From: Eledone cirrhosa
Taxonomy: Eukaryota
Direction of reading: 5' to 3'
Assembly (NCBI GenBank): GCA_964016885.1
Contig: OZ024756.1
Location: forward strand, 9,858,001 to 9,922,000
Length of the DNA: 64,000 nt
Part shown: one piece after another, positions 1-12,865 of the stretch
Layout of the letters: every line of letters begins with the position of its first letter
Position numbering within the stretch: position 1 is the first letter of the stretch
Position numbers and translations under genes: made by a program
Notes under the pieces: generated by a model
Told to the model about the DNA's origin: nothing
The model's database searches: none
What the model saw: only the letters and a program-made list of their open reading frames with translations

Positions 1-320
1 TATATAGAGTAATGTAAATGTTATGTGAGATATTATGTGAGGTAAAGACTTTACTGTGAAAATACAATAGTATATATAGAGTAATGTAAATGTTATGTGA
101 GATATTATGTGAGGTAAAGACTTTACTGTGAAAATACAATAGTATATATAGAGTAATGTAAATGTTATGTGAGATATTATGTGAGGTAAAGCCTTTACTG
201 TGAAAATACAATAGTATATATAGAGTAATGTAAATGTTATGTGAGATATTATGTGAGGTAAAGCCTTTACTGTGAAAATACAATAGTATATATAGAGTAA
301 GGTAAATGTTAAAGGGTTAA
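1..320 (+). repeat. 72-bp tandem satellite (~4 units) and right end of a TTAA/piggyBac-type MITE
   Basis: Unit tatatagagtaatgtaaatgttatgtgagatattatgtgaggtaaagcctttactgtgaaaatacaatagta repeats with period 72 and ends in gtaaatgttaaaggg-TTAA, the same terminus as the MITE at 11290-11466. Confidence 0.85.
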
Positions 321-911
321 TCAAAATTGATCCCGAGTAAAACATTTTTCTTTCTAATGAAAGTTTCTGTTTTAGGCACAAATTTGTGAGGGAGGGGGTT
401 GATTATATTGACACAGTTCGTTACTGGTATTATATTGACCAAGAAAGAGCTGGAATAAACTGCTAAGAGTGCTGTCTGACGCTCTACTGATTCTGCCAAA
501 CATTTCGTGAAAGATCTATTTCATGTCACTCCTCCACCCCCTCCACTCCCTCCTTCTCCTCTACCCCCTCCTTATACTTGGCCTATTCCCCCACCCCCCA
601 CCCCCCACCCATTTTAGCCTTCTTTTCCTACTTTTTAATTCCTCCTCTCTCTCTTTCTCTCGCTCATTCTTTCTCTCTTTCTTACACACCCGCTCTCGCC
701 CCCCCTACCCCTATCTTACCCCCCTCACCCCACCCCCACCCCCTAGCCATTCCGTTATCACTCTGAAACTAATTAATTACTCAGCAGCGACAGAAAGTGA
801 AAAACTTTAACTTCTTTTTAATTAAATACAGTAATGAAACTAATTAGAAGACTGTGAAAAGTTGGTTGTTGTGGGTGCCAAGCCAACCTCTAAGTCACTC
901 ATAATAATAAA

Positions 912-1223
912 TGTTTCTACTTTAGGCACAAGGCCAGCAATTACCCAGTACATTACTGGTACTATATCTATCAACCCTGCAAAGATGAAAGGAAAAGCTA
1001 ACGGGATTTGAACTCAGAGCGTAAAGGGCCGTAATTCTGTGCCGCCAACCCGCACCTCCAGTGACTTATAATAATAATGGTTTCTGATTTTAATAATAAT
1101 AATAATAATTGTTTCTACTTTTGGCATAAGGCCAGCAATTTCCCAGTGTATTACTGGTACTTTCTTTTTATCGACCCCGTAAGAATGAAAGGCAAAGTTA
1201 ACCTCGGCGGGACTTGAACTCAG
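912..1223 (-). mobile_element. two truncated copies of a tRNA-derived SINE (Nin/Deu-like central domain) with (ATT)n tails
   Basis: Minus strand has a box-B-like gagttcaaatcc/gagttcaagtcc, ctttcat..cggggtcgataaaa..agtaccagt and the ggccttgtgcctaaagtagaaac-(att)n tail shared with many copies in the window. Confidence 0.7.
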
Positions 1224-1257
<34 letters not shown>

Positions 1258-1258
<1 letters not shown>

Positions 1259-1960
1259 TGATTTCTTTATTAACCACAAAGGGTTTACAAAAAATACATT
1301 CGGACAGCACAGGACGGTAGAGGACGGTGTTGGACTGTAGAGGGCAGTACTATCCTGTACGGGATGGTACAGGATAGTACTGGAGAGTACAGAATGGAAC
1401 AGGACAGCATTGGACGGTAGAGGACGGTGTTGGACTGTAGAGGGCAGTACTATCCTGTACGGGATGGTACAGGATAGTACTGGAGAGTACAGAATGGAAC
1501 AGGACAGCATTGGACGGTAGAGGACGGTGTTGGACTGTAGAGGGCAGTACTATCCTGTACGGGATGGTACAGGATAGTACTGGAGAGTACAGAATGGAAC
1601 AGGACAGCACAGGACGGTAGAGGGCGGTGTTGGACTGTAGAGGGCAGTACTATCCTGTACGGGATGGTACAGGATAGTACTGGAGAGTACAGAATGGAAC
1701 AGGACAGCATTGGACGGTAGAGGACGGTACTGGATGGTACAGGACAGTACAGCATGGTGCTGGACAGTACAGGACAGTACTGTCCTGTACAGGATGGTAC
1801 AAATATGGGTTTCTGTACAAAAAGGAAACACAAACAAAATATGTAACAAAAAAATGGAAACAAAGAAAAAATCGCCAATAGGGGGACCACCGAGGGTTAA
1901 TTGTGGAGAAAGTCCACAAAAGACGCAGTCATCCTGATTGCTAGGGCCCTCTCCCAGTCA
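1258..1960 (-). mobile_element. 3' fragment of an L1/Tx1-like retrotransposon with a 100-bp minisatellite (1302-1800) expanded in its 3' UTR
   Basis: Terminus tttctttattaaccacaaaggg and downstream blocks match 33626-33860. Five 100-bp units start at 1312, 1412, 1512, 1612 and 1712. Confidence 0.7.
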
Positions 1961-4899
1961 AATTGTCCTCAAATCACTCTGTTTATCTTAACAATGAAAG
2001 GTTACATTGAATCGTTATTGTCCTGCTGCCTCAGCTGAAATAGACCTCTGTAGATCTGCCAGTCATCTGCCTAGACCCTTAACATGAAACCAGGCTCTCT
2101 AGCTATATATCTGAAAGAAAGCTTACCACTTCTTACAGATGTTGCTCATTTGCATTGTTTAGATCTCCAACATCAATACCAGGTGAGTCTCTGGACATCT
2201 GGACAGGAGAGTTTGTGACATCTTTAGCGTTTGAGACAGATGTTGGTTTAGAAAGCACTAAAGGAGTCGCAGCTTCATTTAAGATATGATGGCAATGGCC
2301 TGCAAATCTCAGCCTACTCTTTCAAAACACATTAGATAATGTACTGTTGGGTCCCAATCAATAGGGGTGGGTTGGAATAAGCAGGGTGGGTAATTGTTCT
2401 AGGTTGTCTCTGTTGATATTTTTAAAAACTAGAATTAGTCGTTTAGTTTACATATTGAGACCCCAACCCATCCTATTTATTTTATAACATGTGGAATTTC
2501 TAGTATTGTACTTTTTTTTTATCATGTATAATCTTTTTTAATGAATAGAGAAAATTGTCGCAGGAATGCTACCACATAAAATAAAATTTCACTGGAGATA
2601 GATTAGTATAATATAATGGGGGGGGGGGGTGAACAATCAGAAAATTTAATGAGCGGGAGGGGGCATTATTCAAACCAGGGAATAGTCCAAAATTACTATT
2701 CCTGAATAAAAAAAAGACAGCCACACCTTTCACAGGCCTTGTCTATCGAATCTGTTGAATTCTTTGTGAGAAGATGGACCTGGTTGGAATTCCTTTGATC
2801 AAAGCTGACCTAGGGTTAAACAACAGAAACCACCACACCAAAACAACAACAACATATAGAGCATAGTTTGTTGACCCTTAAAAAAAAATCAATATTTTAT
2901 ACTAAAACGTCCTAACATTGCATTTAACTTCTACAGACATCTAGATATACCACTGTGTTAGGTGTCCCAGCAGCCATGTGTTTCGGGTTTCCTGGCACCA
3001 ATGTCTGTTAGGCAAATTATTTGATATCATATTCTAATAAATTTAATCATTCATTAAGTAATATACATACACACATATGTACATACATACATCTATATAT
3101 ATGCATATATATGTGTGTATATATATATATGTGTGTGTATATATATATATATGTGTGTGTATATATATATATATACACATTCATACACACACACATAAAC
3201 CTAATTTATTAGATGCCTTCATTTTTTGCTCATTAAAACATTATAAACATAAGAAGTTTCAAATTTCCTTGATTCTGAGTTTACACATAGAAAACTGTTG
3301 GATTTGGTTACACCCTATTAGATTAATGGTTTTTAAAGAAATTGTGGTAACGTGAGTTGAAAATTGTCTCAAATTAATAATCACTGCTTGCCTTCTCCCA
3401 CTATACCACACCATCTATCTGTGTATCTACCAATTAATTGATTAATTACTCAATCAAACATTAATTTAGAGTTGAAGAAATTCCTGTAAAGCTGATATAA
3501 AGTATTTTTTCAATTAGATTCAAGGTCGTTCATTTATATAGATTAAAATAATTCTAGCAGCTGACATTTCCCCTTACCAATGGGTATTTGTGGTTGAAAT
3601 GAAAAGAAATGCTAGGAGCTTAGTTCATACCACATCAAAGTTTATATAATAAATACTTGGTTAATATAATAGGTCGAAATGGGAGAAGGGAAGTGACTGA
3701 GTTTCATGTTGTACTGGTTTAGCTCTAAGTTATAGTCTAGATCAGAGATTCTCAAACGTTTTGGGGCCACAGCTATGTAATACCTTCAGAGTCCCCCAAC
3801 CCTATTTCCAGACAGACCCTACCTACATGCAAATTGTAAATAATATATAATAAATAAAATCGTTAATTTATATATAATATGTATCATTTGATATTTAATA
3901 TACTATTATATCATGTCTTCCATGATATGTGCTCAGTGCTGAGCCTACAATAGGATGTGAAAGTGGTGGTGCCACAATAAATTGGAAGTGCTGGTGCCAC
4001 GAAAAAAGCACCCAGTCCACACAGATAAACAGTAGTGGTAATGCACTGAGAAAACAAATCCAGTACATACTATGAAGTGATAGGCATTAAAAATCTTGCC
4101 AAAATGGAACGTATGAGCAAGACACAGTCATCTGACCTGCCTGTCTAGTCTAGCATTTAAACCAGCTGTATCTGGCCAGAATTCTCTCGGCTCTTTCTGT
4201 TCAAACTGGCCATAACTGGCTGCTCATACTGACGTTAAGGTATTGTTCTAAAAATAAATAACTTCAAAATCTCATAGATTCGATTTTACTGTGAAAATGC
4301 AATAGTATATATAGAGTAATGTAAATGTTATGTGAGGTAAAGCCTTTACTGTGAAAATACAATAGTATATATAGAGTAATGTAAATGTTATGTGAGATAT
4401 TATGTGAGGTAAAGCCTTTACTGTGAAAATACAATAGTATATATAGAGTAATGTAAATGTTATGTGAGATATTATGTGAGGTAAAGCCTTTACTGTGAAA
4501 ATACAATAGTATATATAGAGTAATGTAAATGTTATGTGAGATATTATGTGAGGTAAAGCATTTACTGTGAAAATACAATAGTATATATAGAGTAATGTAA
4601 ATGTTATGTGAGTTATGTGAGGTAAAGCCTTTACTGTGAAAATACAATAGTATATATAGAGTGGTTTCTTTATTTGCCACTAGGGCACAAAAGGTAGGGA
4701 CAGATACAAGGGGGGAAGTTTACATATAATTAACGAGTACAAAAATATAACAATGAAATAACAACAACAAACGAAGTCCTCAATAGGGAGGGGGCATTAA
4801 CATGGGTCGCACACACCCCGGAAAAAATGTGCAACCCTTCTCCTCAGGAGCACAAAGAGTAGGTGCTTCCCTCGTCTCCTCTTTTTCCTCTTCTTTCAC

Positions 4900-7800
4900 C
4901 TACAGGCTGATATAGAGAGAAGACCCATTCACTCTGGCCATTCTCCCTACTTTCACCCACCTTTCATAAAACTTGCTGGGGTAGAGCACCTCTCTCTCCA
5001 TTCTGATCCTTCTTTTAAAATGGTATTTGAAAAAGGGGACCAGTTGTTGGCCGGAGAGAAAGGTGTCTGACCTCAGCCCTTTCAGCCTCGTCCACCATAC
5101 AACTTCTTTAGCCATGGCTATCACACAGAGAAAAACTGCCTCTCCTTCGTTTTTGAAAGGGGGAGGCGGTTTGATCGTGACAATGGACTCGGTGGTCAAC
5201 CGGATTGGTCCCATCCTCGACAGTAGTCGTTCCACATAGCCCCACAGGTCAGCAATGCCTGGGCAGTGTACGAATGCGTGCGCAACGGTTTCGTCGTCAT
5301 GCACGCATCTCGGACAGATCTTATTCAAAGGATCCCTACCCAGGCTCCCATGCCTGTGGAGCTTGTCTCGAACGGGTAGAGCCCCTCGGTAGCACTGCCA
5401 AGCCAGGGACTTTTGGAAGTTGTCCATCGGTCCAGGGCCAAACGTCCTACCGAACAGACTGGCCAGTTCATCTTCCTCCATGCCTAGAGCTTCTCCGAGA
5501 GCATCGTCGCACCTGCTGCGTACCAACCCTCTATAGAATGTCGAGGTGGAGTCTCCACTGATTGCCGGGTCCGCTTTCCAGAGGGCCGTGAGCGCCTGGG
5601 CACATTCAATGTGCCAGTCGCCTACTTTTCTCGCTCTTTGCTTGACCCAGGATTGCAGCTCGGTGAGCGAGACGAGTCTGGGGAAGGGTCGCCTCACAAA
5701 CGGGGCCCACACCGGTTGACCGGTGAGGAATACCTGGAGGTGCCGTAGCCTTAATGCGTGTTTACGCATCTGTAGCCACGGCATCCCCAGCCCTCCTTTC
5801 GAAGGGTGTTGACAGCAGATGGATCTCCTCACCAAAGGGGTCCGCTTGTTCCAAAGAAATTGGAACAGCGCGCACTCCATTTTGGCGAGTCTTTTCACTG
5901 GGCAAGGCACGACGGTCAAGCGGTAGTAGATGACGGATGCTATATAAGTATTCGCCACCTCCGCTCGACCTTTCAGGGATAGTTTGCACTGGACCCACTT
6001 CTGGGTGAGTGCAAACACCCTGGCCATTACCTCGTTCCAGTTTCTCTCCACCTGGAGGTCTGGTCCGAACCAGACCCCAAGCAGCTTCACCGGGCCCTCC
6101 GTCCAGCATCCGACGACGTCATTGGAGGGCATCGGTTTGCCTCTCCATGTTCCGAGTTGCAAACCGACGGACTTGTCCCGGTTCAGCTTGGCTCCTGTAA
6201 ACCTTTCATATTCCTCCAGTAAGGTGCCGATCTCACCGATTTGCGAGGTTTTCGACACCATTACTGTCACGTCATCGGCGTAGTCCGACGCCGCTTTCTG
6301 CAATCCCGGTTCCAAAGGGATGCCCTGCAACCGCTCCAACTTCTGCAGTAGTGGCTCAAGAGCCAACACATACAGTAGGGAGGAGAGAGGGCATCCCTGT
6401 CGGATGGATCGCATGATTTGGAATGGCTCCGAGAGGTGGCCGTTCATCTTGACCCTTGAGCAGACGTTGCTGCTGTGCATCGCAGCAGTCCACCCCCTGA
6501 AAACGGGTCCGAAGCCTGCCGCCGCGAGCACCGCATCCAGGTAACGATGGTCAACCCTATCGAAAGCTGATCCAAGTTGATCAGGGCCCCACCAAAGCCG
6601 GGTTCATTCCCTACCCTCTCTATGATGTATCGCATAAGGTGGAGATTGTCGTGAATGGACCTGGACGGGATTGCGCATGTCTGCGCTTCTCCCACCAGGT
6701 TTCCGACGACAAGCGCCAACCTCTTCGCTAACACCTTGGCCAAAATCTTTAACTCTGTATTTAGCAGAGTTATGGGCCTGAAGTTACTTATGTCATCCCC
6801 CTTGTTCTCATCCTTCCTCACCAGCGTAACTACGCCCTTGGTCACAGAACTGGGAATTCTCTCGTTCTGCTGCCAGTTGCAGTAGACCGCTTCGAGGATA
6901 TCGGAGAACAAGTCCGGCATCACTACATATAGCTCGTATGGTAGACCATCGAGACGCGGGGATTTGCGTTTGCCGCATTGGCTCAGCACCGCCCCTATCT
7001 CAGCAGCTGAAATCGTCCTTTCGCAGAACTTCGCGTCCGAGAGGCGCGGCAGGCCGTCGAGGTATGGATTGAAATCCATAGTCTCACCCGGCGCGCCGCC
7101 CCTCTCAAACAGTCGTGCAAAGTGCCGCTGAAAGGCCACACACATCTGCCCAGGTTCAAGGATCACACGCCCATCCTGGTCCTTCAAAGACCGAATTGTG
7201 GACTTGTTCCCACTTTTTGCCTCTGTCACTCGGGCCCAGCTCACAGCTTTGGCTCCCTCATTACCCAGAGCACGTATTTTACTTCTGACAACGCAGCCTT
7301 CATGCTTCACCTCAAAGAACTGGTCTAAGGCCATTCTTGATGCCAGCACGCCGGCTACATTGCCACTCCTAATCGCCTCTTCTACTCTATCTACTAATTC
7401 CCTTTCCGTCTTGTTCCTATCCCTTGCTAATTCCTGACTAAAACCTATCGATTCTATTCTAATTGCTCTCTTAAGAGAGCTCCACCACCTGTTGTTGACA
7501 ATTGCCCCTGTCAAACTCTGCTTAACTAACGTGCTAATCCGTTTACTGTAAGCTTTGCTTCTCGGTAAGGACAAGTTCAGCTTCCAGTAACCGGGTCCCT
7601 GTCTATGGGTTCTATCAAGGTTGGCTATGCAGGTCACTAACTTGTGATCCGAATAGTCAACCATGAACATTTTTGGACAGCTAAATGTGTCCCTATCCTT
7701 CTCTCTAACTAGGACCCTATCTAGGTACGACCTAGATGTTCCGCTGCGATTGGTCCACGTCCATAGTGGTACAGTCGGAAAATCTAGTCGATATCTATCG

Positions 7801-8318
7801 GCCAGGTCAAATCGGCCGATTAACCTTTTGAGGGTTTTACACCCCCCTCTATTGGCACATGCCCCTACATAGTCCCAACGTGCATCCAGGATACCATTCC
7901 AGTCCCCCACTAAAAGCAAGGAGCGGGACGTTCCCAGAAAAGTTTCCAGACGTTGGAAGTATTCCGGCCGCGCTGCCCAAAAAGGGGCGTACACAGCTAT
8001 TAGTCTAAGGGCTCCACTTTCACTAGTGCCGACGTCTAAAACCACCAGTCGACCCTCCGGGTCCAGGTGCACCTTCTGTATGGCGAGGCCCAGGTGTTTT
8101 CGCAGCAGAACGACAACTCCACCCCACGGTTGACAGAGAGATGCGAAGATCTCAAAGTCGTTGAAGAGGGGCGCCAGTTGGTGCTCGCTGCTGATCCTGG
8201 ACTCGCAAATAGCCATTACATCCATTCTATGCGACCTGAGATCGTTTAAAAGTTTGCCTTGTTTCCAAGACAGTCCCAGGCCGCGTACATTCAGACACCC
8301 AACTCTTATATCAGCCAT
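4900..8318 (-). pseudogene. Tx1/L1 ORF2 (APE endonuclease, reverse transcriptase, C-terminal CCHC), frameshifted near 6567
   Basis: APE motifs CLNVRG, GDWN, YLDRVLV, SDH; PGYWKLN; RT motifs RPITLLN, RQGCPLS, YADD; CPRC..ETVAHAFVHC. The expected DQ(SK)AFDRVDH is broken by a small deletion. Confidence 0.93.
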
Positions 8319-8848
8319 GTTGGTTAAAAGAGGAAGGACCTACCTGTTCGGCTCCTGAGGAGCAGGTTGCACAATATCCATGGGCGTATTGGAGGGGTTG
8401 TTTGGTGGGGTGTTGTTCTGTGGCAGAGTGGGGGTGTTTGGTGAGGTGTGGGTGGGGAAACGTTTCAAGAGGACGCGGTTATAGGGTCGAGTACATGTTT
8501 TCCCCACATCCTCAGGAAAGTTCTCTCTTAGTTTTGCATAGGTGTCCATTGGGAGTCTTATCATTTTTAAATGCGGTTTGTTGGCCACGCTTGCAAAGAA
8601 TTGCCCTTCAGTTTCCACCGAAGGGTCTTTGTGTATTGTTTTTACTAGTTCTTTGTTATTTGTGTTAATGTATGTATACTGTTTTATTTGTGTTGTGTTT
8701 GTTTGTTGTTCTTGTGTGTGCTTACGTTTTGTTGTATGTGTTATGTTTTGGGGTGGGGAGGATTTTGTTTGTTCTGTTTGTTTTGTTTTTGTTGGTGGTT
8801 GTGTGTTTGTTTCGTTTATGTTCGAGTGGTGCTTTCTTTTTTTCCTTT

Positions 8849-10144
8849 TTACAGGTTGGAAGGGTCCCCCTCTTTGTCACTAGATGCCGTTTCAGCTGGG
8901 TCCTCGTCCGTGCTGTCGGGTAGTGGTGTATTTTGGGGTTTTGTTGTGTTTGTGTGTGTTTTTGGAGTTGTTTTGGGTGGGGCCGTGTCTTGTGATATAT
9001 TTCCGTGTTGTTTTTGTTGTTGTGGTGGTGGTGGCGGTGGTGGTGTGTGGGGTGTAGGCAAAAGAGCCTTTTTTTTTGTCAATTGAGGACAGGCAGCCCT
9101 TAGATGACCCCTGCTTGAACAGTAGTAACATATGGGCCTCCTACCCTCGGCTGAAATGTATATAAATGTTTCTCCATCGAGGGACACCCTCTGTGGTATT
9201 CTAGCTATTCGTTCTGGTCTCATTTGGACCAGAACCTCCACGCTCAAACCGCCGAAAACGTCTGTGGTGACTTCTCCTACTGAGAGGATTTCGTCCTCGT
9301 CTTCTAAAAATCCTGTTAGTACCCAGGAAATGCATGCATTTGGCTGGATTCCGGAGACCCTTATTTTCTGCGTTCTTTTCCCTAAATATGTGGGGGAAAA
9401 TGTGTGTAGCTTGGAAACAATTGGCGCCACAGAGTATTTCCTGGCCGTCAATTGATCCTTCATAAGCACCGTTATATTCCCATAGAGTGGCCCTTTTTGT
9501 ATGAACGATATATCACTCCACACATTTTTTAGGACCAGCTCAATTTCTTTTTTGGATAATTGAGCTGGTTTCCTTGTTATGTTGGAAATTGTTCTGAAAG
9601 ATATCGTTCTTAGTGTCGTGTCTCTTTTGATTTCTTGTGGGGAGGTGATTGTGAAGTCTCCTCCTTCTTTGAAAGTTACATACTGTTTAGCTTCCTTCAT
9701 CTTTTCTCTCAGAGTTGTAATGTCCAGTTGCTTGCAGGTCTGTGTTTTCCGGACCGCCTGTGCAAAGGAGGCACCAGTAGTTGGTTCGCTTTGTTTGGTG
9801 TTATCGTTATTTTTTCCTTGGTTGGTGTTGTGACTATTGCTGTTATTGTCGTTGTTGTTTTTGTCTGCGTTTATGTGACTTTCTGGGTTTTCACCCATTT
9901 TTACAAATTTTTCTTTTAATTCCGTGTTCCATGTTTCTTTTGCAGAAGTGAGGAGGGAAGACTTAGAGCCTTGTGCTTCTAGCTTCTCTGTATCACCTTT
10001 CTTAGGGGGCGTGGCTTTCACGTTAGGATGAGATGTGAAAATTCCGTCCATTTCTATTAGTTTGTCGTAATAAATTTTTAACTGGAAAATTCGCCCCAAA
10101 AAGGGGCGAAAATAAATAAACTCAAAGTTTGACGACCAAGGCAA
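8849..10144 (-). CDS. Tx1/L1 ORF1 (nucleic-acid-binding protein); probably continued out of frame into 8340-8618
   Basis: 431-aa ORF upstream of ORF2 with zinc knuckle CYYCSSRGHLRAAC followed by a Pro/Thr-rich tail. Confidence 0.85.
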   Translation of the reverse strand: MPWSSNFEFIYFRPFLGRIFQLKIYYDKLIEMDGIFTSHPNVKATPPKKGDTEKLEAQGSKSSLLTSAKETWNTELKEKFVKMGENPESHINADKNNNDNNSNSHNTNQGKNNDNTKQSEPTTGASFAQAVRKTQTCKQLDITTLREKMKEAKQYVTFKEGGDFTITSPQEIKRDTTLRTISFRTISNITRKPAQLSKKEIELVLKNVWSDISFIQKGPLYGNITVLMKDQLTARKYSVAPIVSKLHTFSPTYLGKRTQKIRVSGIQPNACISWVLTGFLEDEDEILSVGEVTTDVFGGLSVEVLVQMRPERIARIPQRVSLDGETFIYISAEGRRPICYYCSSRGHLRAACPQLTKKKALLPTPHTPPPPPPPQQQKQHGNISQDTAPPKTTPKTHTNTTKPQNTPLPDSTDEDPAETASSDKEGDPSNL

Positions 10145-11289
10145 GGGGTTAACGTATATTACCGTATAAAAAAATTAATCAAAACTCACTTTTGAGTAAG
10201 TAAATCCGACTCGGTAGCCGAGCTTGTTCACACACGTCAACACACGTCTCTCGTATACGAGATGTTATGTGAGATATTATGTGAAGTAAAGGCTTTACTG
10301 TGAAAATACAATAGTATATATAGAGTAATGTAAATGTTATGTGAGATATTATGTGAGGTTAAGCCTTTACTGTGACAATACAATAGTATATATAGAGTAA
10401 TGTAAATGTTATGTGAGATGTTATGTGAGGTAAACCCTTTACTGTGAAAATACAATAGTATATATAGAGTAATGTAAATGTTATGTGAGATGTTATGTGA
10501 AGTAAAGCCTTTACTGTGAAAATACAATAGTATATATAGAGTAATGTAAATGTTATGTGAGATATTATGTGAGGTAAAGCCTTTACTGTGGAAATACAAT
10601 AGTATATATAGAGTAATGTAAATGTTATGTGAGATATTATGTGAGGTAAACCCTTTACTGTGAAAATATAATAGTATATATAGAGTAATGTAAATGTTAT
10701 GTGAGATATTATGTGAGGTAAAGCCTTTACTGGGAAAATACAATAGTATATATAGAGTAATGTAAATGTTATGTGAGATATTATGTGAGGTAAAGCTTTT
10801 ACTGTGAAAATAGAATACTATATATAGGGAGATGTAAATGCTAAAGAGTTAACCCACACGAGCATGGAAAATAGACATAAAACTGATTTTGTGAAAAACA
10901 GCAGATTTTGTGGAAAAAAACTCTTATTTTGTATCGGCTCTTCTTGGTTCTCTCATTTTCAAGAGTTCATATTTATATTAATTTATGTAACAACTTTTTA
11001 ATTAATGCACCAAACATTGGCTTAATAATGACAAAGTTAGTTACTAAATCCCTCTATTATTTTTATTTATTATTTTCAATATTAATTGCACTAAACACCA
11101 GCTTATCTCTTCCATCACCACATTCCCAATGAAATACACTCTATTTTAATTAATTAATGAAGAATTTTGAGGGATTTACTAACATTATTAATTATTTCAT
11201 TACTAAGTAACTTAATATAAGGTTCTTATATAAAATTATGTTGGACGATTTAAATTTAAATTAGAAACCTTTAAAATAGTTGGCTTTAT

Positions 11290-11466
11290 TTAACCCTTTA
11301 ATGTTTAAACTGGCCAGAACTCTCTCACCTCTTTCTGTTCTAACCAGCTGTAACTGGCCGCTCATACTGATGTTAAGGTATAGTTCTCAAAATCTCGTAG
11401 ATTTGATTTTATGTACAGTGAAAATACAATAGTAAATATAGAAAAATGTAAATGTTAAAGGGTTAA
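11290..11466 (+). mobile_element. intact short TTAA/piggyBac-type MITE without satellite expansion
   Basis: TTAA-ccctttaatgttta ... taaatgttaaaggg-TTAA: CCC-starting TIRs and a TTAA duplication. Confidence 0.85.
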
Positions 11467-11640
11467 TAGAACCAGAGCTGATTTTGGCCAGGTTGGTAAG
11501 AAAGGATTAATAATGACAGTTACCTTACTAAATCCCATTCATTGGATATGTCTTTCATTAGAAATATGACAGCAAGACAGGTCAGTGTATATTACTCAGA
11601 CCAATGGAGTAATTGACTGGCTGGGTGGGTTATAAATAGT

Positions 11641-12035
11641 TCATCATCATCGTCATCATCGTCATCATCATCAACATCATCATCATCATCATCATGACCA
11701 TCACCACATCATCATCATCACCACCATCATCATCATCATGACCATCACCATCACCACCACCTTTATCACCATCTCCACCACACCACCACCACCATCTCCA
11801 CCACCATCACCACCCTAACCACCATCTCCACCACCATCATCATCTCCACCATCACCACCACCATCACCACCATCACCATCACCACCATCACCACCACCAC
11901 CACCATCTCCACCACCACCACCATCTCCACCACCACCACCATCTCCACCACCATCTCCACCATCACCACCACCATCACCACCCTAACCATCATCTCCACC
12001 ACCATCTCCACCACCACCATCACCACCATCTCCAA
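11641..12035. repeat. (CAT/CAC)n microsatellite
   Basis: Direct trinucleotide repeats. Confidence 0.95.
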
Positions 12036-12134
12036 TGTTTTTCTATACTTTCATATGTTAGGTTGTCACGTTATGAGACAAGTCAGGTCCAGAGATCAAT
12101 TTATGCTCATACGGATCCGTATTTTCTCTTGGAT

Positions 12135-12865
12135 TCTACAGTTAGATGTCCTCCCTAACACCGACCACGTTACAGTGTGGCCTGAGTGCTTTTTGTTGTG
12201 TCACCAGCACAACAACTTTACAGGGTGGCTTGGGTGCTTCTTGTCCTATTTCCAACATGACGACCTTACATGGTGGACTGGGTGCACCATGTTATGTCTC
12301 CAACACAACCACTTTACAGGGTGCACTAGGTGCTTTTTGTTATGGCCCCAACACAACCACTTTACAGGGTGCACTAGGTGCTTTTTATTATGGCCCCAGT
12401 ACAACCACTTTACAGGGTGCACTAGGTGCTTTTTGTTATGGCCCCAGTACAACCACTTTGCCGGGTGGACTAGGTGCTTTTTGTTATGGCCCCAGTACAA
12501 CCACTTTACAGGGTGCACTAGGTGCTTTTTGTCATGGCACCAGTACAACCACTTTACAGGGTGCACTAGATGCTTTTTGTTATGGCCCCAGTACAACCAC
12601 TTTGCAGGGTGGACTAGGTGCGTTTTGTCATGGCACCAGTACAACCACTTTACAGGGTGCACTAGATGCTTTTTGTTATGGCCCCAGTACAACCACTTTG
12701 CAGGGTGGACTAGGTGCTTTTTGTCATGGCTCCAGTACAACCACTTTGCAGGGTGCACTAGGTGCTTTTTGTCATGGCACCAGTACAACCACTTTACAGG
12801 GTGCACTAGATGCTTTTTGTTATGGCCCCAGTACAACTACTTTACAGGGTGCACTAGATGCTTTT
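12135..12865. repeat. 48-bp minisatellite (~14 units) derived from an RTE/SINE 3' tail motif
   Basis: Unit acaaccactttacagggtgcactaggtgctttttgttatggccccagt. Its start tctacagttagatgtcctccctaacacc resembles the RTE tail at 55505-55640. Confidence 0.85.

Larger units (their letters stand above)
4663..10261 (-). mobile_element. near full-length L1/Tx1-clade non-LTR retrotransposon
   Basis: ORF1 with a CCHC knuckle, ORF2 with APE, RT and a C-terminal zinc finger. The 3' end aataaagaaacc abuts the satellite. Confidence 0.95.
4151..10852 (+). mobile_element. TTAA/piggyBac-type MITE with an expanded internal 72-bp satellite (4285-4662, 10262-10840), interrupted by a Tx1-like LINE
   Basis: Left body tagcatttaaaccagc..ctggccagaattctctc..tcatactgacgttaaggtattgttc matches the intact copies. 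Right end is gtaaatgctaaagag-TTAA. Confidence 0.8.

Noticed and set aside
10237-10743. 24-aa repeat ORFs (also 4264-4680)
   Set aside because: Translation of the 72-bp MITE satellite.
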